A stretch of 64,000 nucleotides of DNA, taken from assembly GCA_003599195.1 (NCBI GenBank), contig QZIZ01000019.1:14188-78187 (forward strand). Direction: 5' to 3'. A program made the position numbers and the translations under genes. The notes under the pieces are model-generated. The model was not told the DNA's origin. It did not search any database and saw only the letters and a program-made list of their open reading frames with translations. Origin of the DNA: Deltaproteobacteria bacterium (lineage in GTDB: Bacteria; Desulfobacterota; Desulfobaccia; Desulfobaccales; 0-14-0-80-60-11). This document shows positions 1-8,632 of the stretch, one piece after another; the stretch's first letter is position 1; every line of letters begins with the position of its first letter.

Positions 1-531
1 AAGAGCGAAACCGGCATCCACCGCCTGGTGCGCATCTCTCCTTTCGACGCCTCCGGCCGCCGCCACACCTCTTTTGCCGCAGTGCAGGTGCTGCCGGAAG
101 TGGACGACCGCATCGACGTCGACATCCAGGAAAAGGACCTGCGCATCGACACCTTCCGGGCCAGCGGCCCGGGGGGCCAGCACGTGAACAAGACCAGCTC
201 CGCGGTGCGTCTGACCCATATTCCCACGGGCATTGTGGTCTCATCCCAATCCGAGCGTTCCCAGCACCGCAACAAGGAACTGGCCATGAAGGTGCTCCGG
301 GCCCGGCTCTACAACCTGGAACAACGCAAGCGGGAGGAAAAAAAGCAGGAACTCCAGGAGTCCCAGAAAGAGATCGCCTGGGGCAGCCAGATCCGCTCCT
401 ATACCCTGCAGCCCTACCGCCTGGTGAAAGACCACCGCACCAAGCACGAGGCCGGCAACGTGGACGCGGTCCTGGACGGCGACCTGGACGGTTTTGTGGA
501 GGCCTTCCTCCTCAATCCGGAAGGAAATTAA
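1..531 (+). CDS. prfB: Peptide chain release factor 2, C-terminal part (5' end outside window)
   Basis: SPF stop-recognition motif (RISPFD), GGQ motif ([11 protein letters not shown]), WGSQIRSY. Confidence 0.95.
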   Translation, partial: KSETGIHRLVRISPFDASGRRHTSFAAVQVLPEVDDRIDVDIQEKDLRIDTFRASGPGGQHVNKTSSAVRLTHIPTGIVVSSQSERSQHRNKELAMKVLRARLYNLEQRKREEKKQELQESQKEIAWGSQIRSYTLQPYRLVKDHRTKHEAGNVDAVLDGDLDGFVEAFLLNPEGN

Positions 532-602
532 ATATTACTAAGTGGATGATTTCATCGACTGGGGGGAGAGGGGGTTTTTCCTGCACCCGCTAAGGTTATT
601 CC

Positions 603-1226
603 ATGCTCTATAATCGCTGCTCCGAAGTGGATGAGAATTTCTGGCGGGACCTGGCCCAGGCCGATCCGGAGGATATCCTCCAGCGCACTGGAGTTCGCCG
701 CAACCACAATGCCTTGCACATCCCTTATTTCAACCGGGAACTGGTGGTGGATCAGGAACAGCGGCGCATCTTTCTGGCGGACGCGCCCGCGGATGAACCG
801 GGCTTTCGCCGCTGCCTGATCACCCTTCTGTACCTGCTTCTGATAGATAAATCGGCTCTGGGACCGCCCGTCAGCCCCCTGGAATTGCCCGGGGCCACCA
901 TGTTCTTCCAACAGAGCGGGCCTCACGCGATTCCCAGCGCCCCTTTGGAAGAGCGGTTCGGCCGGGACTTACCTGGTTTTCTGGAAGTTGGCCGCCGCCT
1001 CGGGGCCGAGACCCGCGCTGGCGGCGACGCCGCCTTGGCCTTCCGGGTCTTTCCGGGGCTGACCGTGGAAGTGATTCTCTGGCTGGCCGACGATGAATTT
1101 CCGGCCCAGGTGTCTTTCACCGTGCCCGCGCAACTACACCGTTTTTGGCAACACGATGCGGTCTTGGGTCTTCTTGGGGTGGTGGTCAAGGAACTCTTGC
1201 AAGCAGACACGCCCGCGGCCAAGTAG
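603..1226 (+). CDS. DUF3786-like hypothetical protein
   Basis: 207 aa ORF; ELPGATMFF and LWLADDEFPA segments resemble DUF3786. Confidence 0.7.
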   Translation: MLYNRCSEVDENFWRDLAQADPEDILQRTGVRRNHNALHIPYFNRELVVDQEQRRIFLADAPADEPGFRRCLITLLYLLLIDKSALGPPVSPLELPGATMFFQQSGPHAIPSAPLEERFGRDLPGFLEVGRRLGAETRAGGDAALAFRVFPGLTVEVILWLADDEFPAQVSFTVPAQLHRFWQHDAVLGLLGVVVKELLQADTPAAK

Positions 1227-1343
1227 GCGGCAGCAGCATCCAGGCGGGCGGGACGCCCGCCCCACCGGCCCGCGCCCCCTAACCCTTACATTTGATCTCA
1301 GTAAGTCCCTATTGAAATTTATAACGTCATCAATTTTTTTCCC

Positions 1344-1387
1344 TTGACAGGCCTCTTACGTATAATTATATAAATAGATATTGATAT
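1344..1387 (+). promoter_or_regulatory. Sigma70 promoter of the trxB-selenoprotein operon with overlapping palindromic operator (probable ArsR site)
   Basis: TTGACA 1344-1349, 17 nt, TATATA 1367-1372; imperfect palindrome ATATaAATA-GA-TATTgATAT 1368-1387. Confidence 0.6.
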
Positions 1388-1416
1388 ATTAATTTTCTGA
1401 AGACCAGGAGTTTTCC

Positions 1417-2376
1417 GTGTCTGAAAATGTTTTCGATCTAATCATCGTGGGCGCCGGTCCCGGAGGGCTGACCGCCGGGATTTACGCCATGCGCGCGGCG
1501 CTGAAGACCGTCCTCATTGAAAAAGGGATTGCCGGCGGCCAGATCAACCTCACGGAATCGGTGGAGAACTATCCCGGATTCGAGAACATCAGCGGCTTCG
1601 ACCTGTCTCAGAAGTTCATGCAGCACGCCCAATCTTACGGTCTGGAAGTGGTCCAGCAGGAAGTGGCGGCCGTGGAGCCGGGGCTGGAGTTCCATGCCGT
1701 GCGTCTGGCCAACGGCGAGTTGCTCAAGACCCATGCCGTTATTTTGGCTACGGGCGGCAGCCCCAGGAAGCTCGGCGTCCCCGGGGAACTGGAATACTAC
1801 GGCAAGGGAGTCTCTTACTGCGCCACCTGCGACGGCTTTTTCTTCCGGGGTAAAAACGTCATCGTGGTGGGCGGCGGCGACAGCGCCCTGGAAGAGGCCC
1901 TTTATCTCGCCAAAATCACCTGCCGGGTTTACCTGGCCCACCGCCGGGACGCGTTCCGGGGCAGCCGGATTTTGCAGGAACGGGTCCTGGCTGATGAGAA
2001 AATCGAGGTCTTGTGGAACACCGTCGTCACCGAAGTGAAGGCCGATGGCCAGGGCGTCCACGCGGTGGCGCTTAAGGATACAAAGACCGGGGCCGCCCGG
2101 GAACTGGCCGTGGACGGCGTGTTCGTCTTCATCGGCTTCAGTCCCAATAACCGGTTGGTCCCCGCCGGAACCAGGATGGACCATGACGGCTACGTGATGG
2201 CCGACGAGAAGTGCGAGACCAATATCCCGGGAATCTTTGTCATCGGCGACTTGAGGCAAAAATACGCCAAACAGATCGTCACTGCGGCCGCGGACGGCTG
2301 CACCGCGGCCCTGGCCGCGGCTTTATGCGTGGAAATGAAAAAAGCGGGGCAGGCCTGCCCGGCCCACCGGGGATAA
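1417..2376 (+). CDS. trxB: Thioredoxin-disulfide reductase
   Basis: GAGPGG FAD motif, CATCDG active site, GGGDSA NADPH motif; GTG start after AGGAG. Confidence 0.95.
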   Translation: MSENVFDLIIVGAGPGGLTAGIYAMRAALKTVLIEKGIAGGQINLTESVENYPGFENISGFDLSQKFMQHAQSYGLEVVQQEVAAVEPGLEFHAVRLANGELLKTHAVILATGGSPRKLGVPGELEYYGKGVSYCATCDGFFFRGKNVIVVGGGDSALEEALYLAKITCRVYLAHRRDAFRGSRILQERVLADEKIEVLWNTVVTEVKADGQGVHAVALKDTKTGAARELAVDGVFVFIGFSPNNRLVPAGTRMDHDGYVMADEKCETNIPGIFVIGDLRQKYAKQIVTAAADGCTAALAAALCVEMKKAGQACPAHRG

Positions 2377-2442
2377 GACGGGCGGATGAAGACCCCGGCG
2401 CCGGAAAAGACCGCCCATACCACAGAGAACCGCGAGGAAGCA

Positions 2443-2751
2443 ATGCCCCTGGAAGATTATCTGCAGACGGTTGCTTTTGTAGCCAAGAGCATGTCGGATG
2501 AAAACCGGCTGCGGATTCTCTTGTGCGTCAATAACGGCAAGAAATCCGTCAACAGCATTGTGGAAGAACTGAGCCTGTCCCAGCCCCTGGTTTCCCATCA
2601 CCTGAAAGAACTGCGGCGTTCGCTGCTGGTGAAGGTGGAGCGCAGCGGCCCCTTCGTGTACTACGAGATTGCGGACCCCAGAATTCCCAAGATTCTGAAA
2701 GATTTGAAAGACCTGGCCACGGATTTGCTGGCCAGGAGAAAGACTTTTTAA
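2443..2751 (+). CDS. ArsR/SmtB family transcriptional regulator
   Basis: SDENRLRIL...LSQPLVSHHLKELR HTH; GAGGA RBS before ATG 2443 (alternative start 2386). Confidence 0.9.
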   Translation: MPLEDYLQTVAFVAKSMSDENRLRILLCVNNGKKSVNSIVEELSLSQPLVSHHLKELRRSLLVKVERSGPFVYYEIADPRIPKILKDLKDLATDLLARRKTF

Positions 2752-2772
2752 CCGGAGGAGGTGATTCATCAT

Positions 2773-3225
2773 ATGGCGGGAATTACCAAGATACTGGAGG
2801 GCATGGCCCCATCCCAAGCTTTGTCCGAAATCGGCGGGGCGCTGAAAAAAATTCTGCCTCTGGTCACCGAGGAAGATCGGCTGAACTTTGTCGTGCAGTT
2901 GCTCGGCGGCGCCGGCGACGACAAGGTGGCCAGTATGGTGCACCTCTGACTGGCGGAATGCCTGGACGAAGGTGTCGATCCAACGCATATGTGTCAAAAG
3001 CTGGTGGACCGGGTGTCGCAGTCCAAGCAGCTCATGGCCGTGGCCGATCCGGAGTTGCTGGCGCTGTTCGAGGACTGGCTGGATGAGCTGGAGGATGAAG
3101 TGATCGCCCTGGCCCGGGAGAAAGGGGGCCTCACCCCCGAAAACCTGGCCGCTAAATTCGGCCTCTCCCGGCGAGGGGCCACCTTTCTGATTACGAAATT
3201 AAAGAGAGAAGGAAAACTGTCTTAG
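2773..3225 (+). CDS. tsoA: Selenoprotein with LULAEC motif (TsoA-like), Sec at TGA 2947-2949, C-terminal HTH-like segment
   Basis: ORFs 2761-2949 and 2989-3225 are in one frame joined across TGA (H-L-U-L-A-E-C); downstream hairpin; family name recalled from NCBIfam, needs checking. Confidence 0.85.
2958..2988 (+). promoter_or_regulatory. Candidate bacterial SECIS element
   Basis: ATGC-c-TGGA-CGA-[AGGTG]-TCG-a-TCCA-ac-GCAT, loop GG at +22/23 from TGA. Confidence 0.7.
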
Positions 3226-3235
3226 AGGCATTAAG

Positions 3236-4978
3236 ATGATGACGGACAGAAAAAGAACCTTATTATTGGCTTTAATGGCTGCGGTCCTGACCCTGGGCGC
3301 GCTCTGGTATGTCCACCGCCCGGTGGCCGTCCAGGACGCCACCATGGAGGACGTCCGGGTCGAGGCCGCCAGGGGCGGCTATCGCCTGATTAATACCGAG
3401 GACTTGGCAAAGCTTTATCAACAGCCTCCCGCCAACCTGCTCATCGTGGACACCCGCCAGGATTGGGAGTACCGCAGCGGCCATATCAAAGGCGCGGTGG
3501 ATTTCCCCCTGGAACCCGGCTGGTGGTCCCGGTGGCGCTCCCAGGGCCGCCTGAAGGCCTTGCTGGGGCCGGACAAAGACCGGCTGGTAGTCTTTTACTG
3601 AGCGGGCCTGGCCTGAGTCCGCAGCGACTCCGCGGCCCGGGTGGCCGTCGACCTTGGCTATAAAAATGTTTATCGGGACCCCCTGGGTTTCCCGGAATGG
3701 CAGAAAGCCGGCCTGCCCGTGGCCGGCGATCCCTTGGGACTGTGTGATTACGCGCCGGAGGCTTACTCTCCCGGTGTCCTCTCCGGTTGGGCTTTAGTCT
3801 GGACCATGCTGGGCATCTTCTTCGGCGGTATGGCCCTCAACCTTACTCCTTGCGTCTATCCCATCATCCCCATCACCGTTTCGTACTTCGGCGGGCGCAG
3901 CGGCCAGGGCCGGGGACGCCTGGTGATCCACGGCCTCCTGTACGTGGCGGGCCTGGCCGTCACCAACTCCGCGTTGGGGGTAATTGCGGCTTTCACCGGC
4001 GGCCTCATGGGAGCCATACTGCAAAATCCCCTGGTGCTGCTGACGGTGGCCGCAGTCCTGGTCATCTTTGCCACCAGTCTTTTCGGGTTCTGGGAACTGC
4101 GCCTCCCCGGCAGCCTGACCCAGGCCGCGTCCAGGTCCTATGCCGGCTATGGCGGCAGCCTGTTCATGGGTCTGACTTTGGGAGTGGTGGCCGCGCCCTG
4201 CATCGGCCCGTTTGTGTTAGGACTCTTGACCTGGGTGGCCTCCATAGGCTCGCCCTGGCTGGGTTTCCTGGTGTTTTTCACATTGAGCCTGGGACTGGGA
4301 CTGCCCCTGTTTTTCCTGGCCATCTTCTCCGGCAGCCTGGAGAAACTGCCCCGGTCCGGGGAGTGGATGCTTTGGGTGCGGAAACTCATGGGCTGGGTGC
4401 TCATCGGCATGGCCGCCTATTTTCTGCGGCCGCTGCTTTCCGAGACCCTGAGCGTATTCCTGCTGGCCGCGGCGGCCCTGGCCGCGGCGGTGCACCTGGG
4501 ATGGCTGGACCGCACCACCGCGGCTTTCCGGAGTTTCCGGTGGCTCAAGACCGTCACCGCCTTGGCGGGAGTGGTAGCCGCCACCTTTCTGGTGGGGTCC
4601 TGGGCCTTCCGTGGTCCGGGGGTAACCTGGCAGCCTTATTCGGACCAGCTCTTAAGGACGGCGAAACATGAGAAAAAACCGGTAATTATCGACTTTTACG
4701 CCACCTGGTGCAGCCCCTGCCGGGAGCTGGAGGAAATCACCTTCCACCACCCGGAGGTGGTGAAACAGGCTGCCGCGGATTTCCTTGCGGTCAAGGTGGA
4801 CCTGACCCAGAAAGGCAACCCCTTGCACACCCGGCTGTTGGAGCAATACGGGGTCAAAGGAGTGCCCACTGTGGTTTTCCTGGATGGTCAGGGCAATGAA
4901 TGCCGGAACCTGCGCCTGGTGGATTATCTGCCGCCGGAGCAGTTCCTCTCCCGTATGGCCAAGGCCATGAAGAAATAA
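3236..4978 (+). CDS. tsoB: Rhodanese-DsbD(beta)-thioredoxin fusion selenoprotein (TsoB-like), Sec at TGA 3599-3601 and 3614-3616
   Basis: Reads VVFY-U-AGLA-U-VRSDSAARVAVDLGYKNV...GFPEWQKAGLP, completing the rhodanese fold; then LTPCVYP/APCIGP (DsbD transmembrane Cys pair) and WCSPC; 580 aa. Confidence 0.9.
3625..3650 (+). promoter_or_regulatory. Candidate SECIS downstream of the U-x4-U motif
   Basis: GCGGCC-[CGGGT]-GGCCGT stem-loop, loop at about +22 to +26 from the second TGA. Confidence 0.6.
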
Positions 4979-4997
4979 AAGCGGTTGGAGAATTGAT

Positions 4998-5279
4998 ATG
5001 CTTAAAATTAAAGCCTTGATGAACGATCCCTGCGGCCTGACCTGAAAGCGCCTCCACGAGATCATGCCCAGGTTGGGCAAGAAATACGAGTTGGAAGTGG
5101 AGGAGATTTCCCGGTCCAGGGAGGAATACCAGAGCGAAGCCTACCGGGCCGCGGGCCTGCCCCCGGCCCCCGCGGTGCTGGTGGAAGATGAAGTTGCAGG
5201 CCAGGGACCCGGCATTTCCGAAGAAGGCGTGGAAGCGGTGATCCGCCGGCATTTGGGACTGCCGCCCCTGAAGTCCTAA
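4998..5279 (+). CDS. tsoC: Thioredoxin-fold selenoprotein (TsoC-like paralog 1), NDPCGLTU motif, Sec16 at TGA 5043-5045
   Basis: GGAG RBS + ATG 4998, in frame with ORF 5064-5279; hairpin TGCCCA-GGT-TGGGCA 5065-5079; APA cis-Pro-like motif. Confidence 0.85.
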
Positions 5280-5311
5280 AAATCGCACAATCCAAAAATT
5301 GGAGGACAAGA

Positions 5312-5629
5312 ATGCTCAAAGTCAGATGCTTTTACAACGAGCCTAACGGCAAACCCTGAAAGCATTTCCAGGAAATGATGCCCAGGTTGGGCCAAAAATA
5401 TCCCATCGACATCAAAATTACTTCCAAACCCATTGCCGAATACCAAACGGATGAATATTTTGAGTTAGACCTCCCCGCGGCCCCGGCCATCATGGTGGGC
5501 GACGAGATCGTGGTGGAAGGCACGGATGTAGCCGAACTCAAATTGGAAACCGTCATCTGCCGGCATCTGGGGCTGCCCGAGCCGGAGCCGCCCAAGAAAG
5601 GCTTCCTGGGGCGGCTGTTTGGCAAATAG
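5312..5629 (+). CDS. tsoC: Thioredoxin-fold selenoprotein (TsoC-like paralog 2), NEPNGKPU motif, Sec16 at TGA 5357-5359
   Basis: GGAGG RBS + ATG 5312, in frame with ORF 5375-5629; TGA aligned with paralog; hairpin GCCCA-GGT-TGGGC 5380-5392. Confidence 0.88.
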
Positions 5630-5719
5630 ACCCGCAGGGGGTGAAGGCAGATTCGCCCCCCCAGGTTTGGAAAAGATAAGGCGCAGCGTCAGCAACCCGC
5701 TGCCGCCCAAGAGGTAGCC

Positions 5720-6418
5720 ATGCAGACGGAAAGATTCCGGCGGGGGGCCTTGATCAAGGCCGTGATCCTCATTCTGTTCGTGGCCGCCGCGGTGGTGACG
5801 GTCCGCACTCCCGCGGTCAAGGAGGCGCTGACCGCAGAAAAGCTGGGCGCCATGCTGGCGGCCGCGGGCGCCTGGGCCCCTGTGGCCTTTATTGTGTTTT
5901 ACGCCGTAGGGGTCTGCCTGTTCATCCCCGGGACTTTGCTCACCGCGCTGGGGGCCGCCATCTTCGGGGCCTATTGGGGGTTTGTCTACGTCTGGGTGGC
6001 CGCCATGCTGGGGGCCGCAGGGGCCTTTCTCATCGGCAGGTACCTGGGGCGGGAGTTCGCGGCTGCCCTCATCGGCGAGCGGCTGAAGAAGTATGACGAC
6101 GCCATCGAGCGCAACGGCTTCGCCACCGTGCTCTACTTACGGTTGGTTTATTTCCCCTTTACCCCCATGAACTTCGGCATGGGGCTGACCAAAGTGCGCT
6201 TTAAGGATTACCTCTGGGGCACGGGGCTGGGGATCTTGGCGGGCACCTTCATCTTCACCTTCTTTGTGGGCACCGTCAAGGAGGTCTGGGCCAGCGGCCA
6301 ATGGGCCAACCTCCTCACCTGGCAAGTATTTTTTTCCCTGGGACTCTTTGTTTTTTCCCTCTTTATTCCCAAGATCATCGATAAGCTGAAGGTCTGGAAA
6401 GGGATCAAGCCTGTTTAA
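5720..6418 (+). CDS. TVP38/TMEM64 (DedA superfamily) membrane protein
   Basis: PGTLLTALGAAIFG, F-x-IGRYLGR, LRLVYFPF...GLT motifs; hydrophobic. Confidence 0.9.
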   Translation: MQTERFRRGALIKAVILILFVAAAVVTVRTPAVKEALTAEKLGAMLAAAGAWAPVAFIVFYAVGVCLFIPGTLLTALGAAIFGAYWGFVYVWVAAMLGAAGAFLIGRYLGREFAAALIGERLKKYDDAIERNGFATVLYLRLVYFPFTPMNFGMGLTKVRFKDYLWGTGLGILAGTFIFTFFVGTVKEVWASGQWANLLTWQVFFSLGLFVFSLFIPKIIDKLKVWKGIKPV

Positions 6419-7041
6419 ACCTTTTCTCCGGCGATAACCACGAAAACCCCTTGGCCATGGCCGCTCTTCACCGGTTCCGGCGCCGTAATCGCCGCCGGGT
6501 CTTGAAAAATGGTCTGGCAAGTCTGAATGTTCAGATAATTCAGCTCAACCAGCCATTTCAGGACCCGGCCCACCGGCTGGAACCTCGCCTGGCGGTAAAA
6601 TTTACTCTTTTCCCGGTTGGCCTCATATAATTTCCCCAAAGGGCTCTCCGGATCGATCATGCCGATGATCAGCCGTCCTTGGGGTTTAAGGACCCGGGTC
6701 GCCTCTTCAAGAGCGCGGCCAGGGTCTTTCAGGAAGCACAGGACGGTGACCATCAGAATAAAATCAAAAGATTCATCTTTGAAAGGAAGTTCTTCCCCGT
6801 AAGCCTCGTGGACCTCGATCCCCCGTTTTCCGGCGATCTCGGCCATGGCCCGGGCGGGCTCCACCCCCACTTCGATCCCCAGGGCCGCGGCAAACCTGCC
6901 GGTCCCCACCCCGATTTCCAGCCCCCGGCCTGCTTGCGGCATAAAGGCTTTGATGGCCGCCAGTTCGGAGCGGAAGGCGATCTCATGGCGGACAAACCAA
7001 TCATCGTATTCCTGGGCCGCTTCTTCAAAAACATCGGTCAT
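6415..7041 (-). CDS. Class I SAM-dependent methyltransferase
   Basis: GLEIGVGTGRFA motif I, LPFKDESFD, RVLKPQG; start moved to 7041 (GGAGG upstream); 4-nt TTAA convergent overlap with TVP38 gene. Confidence 0.9.
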   Translation of the reverse strand: MTDVFEEAAQEYDDWFVRHEIAFRSELAAIKAFMPQAGRGLEIGVGTGRFAAALGIEVGVEPARAMAEIAGKRGIEVHEAYGEELPFKDESFDFILMVTVLCFLKDPGRALEEATRVLKPQGRLIIGMIDPESPLGKLYEANREKSKFYRQARFQPVGRVLKWLVELNYLNIQTCQTIFQDPAAITAPEPVKSGHGQGVFVVIAGEKV

Positions 7042-7073
7042 CGGAAAAACTCTCTCCTCCCTTATGAGAGCGG

Positions 7074-7580
7074 TTACTGTGACATTATAACTCCGGTAAC
7101 CAGCAATACCGCCAGCCCCAGAACTAAATTTACTTTTACCAGATTTAATGACAACTTTTGCAGCCCGGCGACCCGGGAGGATAAAGCAGGCGTCCCCTCG
7201 GCCTGGGCGGCCAATCTCCCGATTTTGGGAGCCAATAACCATCCCCGGTAAAAATGGATAACCACCATCACGAGTACCAGGAGGTGTTTCACGCCCATTA
7301 CGGGGGTCCAATGATTATAAAATTCCAGGGGATTGGCCATATCTTTGCCGTAATGGCCGAGGATCGGACCGGTGATAATCAATACTACGATACTGGCGTT
7401 AACCATGGGGGTCAAACGCCTGGTTATCTCTTTCATCAGTTTGCCGGTCAAAGGCGGTGATTCCAAAGAGGTCCTGGCCCCGGGCAGTATCACCAAAAGG
7501 ACCATAAAGATGCCGCCGATCCAGACCACGGTGGCCAATAAATGGAGAAAGTGGCTTAAACTCAAAATCAGCAAATTCAT
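7074..7580 (-). CDS. CopD/DUF4149-like four-helix membrane protein
   Basis: SHFLHLLATVVWIGG motif, 4 hydrophobic segments. Confidence 0.75.
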   Translation of the reverse strand: MNLLILSLSHFLHLLATVVWIGGIFMVLLVILPGARTSLESPPLTGKLMKEITRRLTPMVNASIVVLIITGPILGHYGKDMANPLEFYNHWTPVMGVKHLLVLVMVVIHFYRGWLLAPKIGRLAAQAEGTPALSSRVAGLQKLSLNLVKVNLVLGLAVLLVTGVIMSQ

Positions 7581-7628
7581 CGCGGGTCTCCCATACAAGG
7601 CGTCATAAGTAATTGCACATCCTGAATC

Positions 7629-7690
7629 CCTGCGCTCTCTGCTCTCTGCGTTAAAAAGATTCACCGCAGAGACGCAGAGGACGCAGAGAA
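7629..7690. repeat. Inverted CGCAGAGA-type short-repeat element
   Basis: CTCTGCTCTCTGCG ... CGCAGAGACGCAGAGGACGCAGAGA. Confidence 0.7.
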
Positions 7691-7742
7691 TAATTATGTC
7701 ACTCCGGATAAAAAAGATCCCGATTCAATTTCTCGGAACCAC

Positions 7743-7771
7743 CCGGAGGCAGAGGGTTTCCCTGCCTCCGG
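7743..7771. terminator. Strong hairpin downstream of the CGCGC peptide gene
   Basis: CCGGAGGCAG-N9-CTGCCTCCGG; no clear U tract. Confidence 0.5.
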
Positions 7772-7786
7772 CCCTGTTGGTTAAGC

Positions 7787-7900
7787 CTACTTCCCGGCCT
7801 TGGGGTCTTTAACCTCCGGCTTGCCTTTGGCGGCTTCAGCCTCGGGCTTCGCCGGCTTCGCCAAGCCGCAGCCACAACCGCACTTTTTCTGGTCTGCCAT
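7787..7900 (-). CDS. 37-aa Cys-rich peptide MADQKKCGCGCGLAKPAKPEAEAAKGKPEVKDPKAGK (absent from ORF track)
   Basis: Strong SD AAAGGAGGTGA before ATG 7900; TAG 7787-7789; follows the dsrE-like gene. Confidence 0.75.
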   Translation of the reverse strand: MADQKKCGCGCGLAKPAKPEAEAAKGKPEVKDPKAGK

Positions 7901-7940
7901 CTGGATCACCTCCTTTGCTTGTAATTTCGTTTCCGGGCTC

Positions 7941-8315
7941 TCAGAAAGTCATTACCGCGTCAGACTCAACGACCATGCTATTCAGGGTCGGAGCACAGAC
8001 TATTTTGGCCCCCTCTATGAAACCTTTTTCGAGATCGATTCCCAGCATGCGCGCGCTCTCCTCGCATACCAGAAACGAGACGCCCGCCTCCGCAGCCTGC
8101 ACGATCGCATCTTTCAGACATCCGAAAGGCTGCGGCAACGTAATCTTCTCGGCCTGCCCTTTTTGGAGAACCGTCACCCCCTTTATTCCAAAAAAAATGG
8201 AAGCGTCCATATCCATTGCCTTGGCCGTGGCGCCAAGGATAAAAGGAGCGTAGGTGCGCTCCGGGGTTTCCACACCGCTGGTTTGAATGTAGAGGACTTT
8301 CTTTCTTGCACTCAT
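7941..8315 (-). CDS. DsrE/DsrF-like sulfur-relay/peroxiredoxin family protein
   Basis: IFFGIKGVTVL, AGVSFLVCEES, DAVMTF C-terminus. Confidence 0.85.
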   Translation of the reverse strand: MSARKKVLYIQTSGVETPERTYAPFILGATAKAMDMDASIFFGIKGVTVLQKGQAEKITLPQPFGCLKDAIVQAAEAGVSFLVCEESARMLGIDLEKGFIEGAKIVCAPTLNSMVVESDAVMTF

Positions 8316-8371
8316 TTGGATTTAATCTCCTCCCTTCAGTCAGTCTCTGGGTTTGTTTAATTCGCAAGTTT

Positions 8372-8557
8372 TTACTTTCCCTGGAGTTTCCCCAGGTGCT
8401 CCTCCACCCCGGCCAGTTCTTTTTTCAGTTGTTCCCGGTAGTTCTCCAGGCACTCCAGTTCCTCGGGGGCTGAAAAGAACTTGCGGAAAGAAAGGCCGCA
8501 ACCGCAGTCGCACCCGCATACCGGTCCCGGATGCTGCGTTACTCTGGGCGTACACAT
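8372..8557 (-). CDS. Small Cys-rich coiled-coil protein (DUF5320-like)
   Basis: AAAGGAGGTG SD; CGCDCGCG followed by ELECLENYREQLKKELAGVEEHL. Confidence 0.75.
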   Translation of the reverse strand: MCTPRVTQHPGPVCGCDCGCGLSFRKFFSAPEELECLENYREQLKKELAGVEEHLGKLQGK

Positions 8558-8584
8558 ACTGATTCACCTCCTTTCTGGTATGGT

Positions 8585-8605
8585 AATTAATTAATTACTT
8601 AAATA
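8585..8605. promoter_or_regulatory. Probable ArsR operator, copy 2
   Basis: AATTAATTAATTACTTAAATA, 18/21 identical to 9059-9079. Confidence 0.6.
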
Positions 8606-8632
8606 GTAAAGCAAAAAAAATTCCAGATTTTT

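Noticed and set aside
1-531. Functional link between prfB (UGA release factor) and the neighbouring Sec operon
   Set aside because: Separated by another gene and a separate promoter; adjacency alone is not evidence
2947-5359. Pseudogenisation or genetic code 4/25 as explanation for the in-frame TGAs
   Set aside because: All interruptions are TGA at redox-motif positions with hairpins; TGA ends many ordinary genes here and prfB is present
7042-7311. Long N-terminal extensions in the ORF track (also at 13437, 28905, 33784, 50605, 53208)
   Set aside because: They overlap other genes or repeats; downstream starts fit family N-termini and mostly have better RBS
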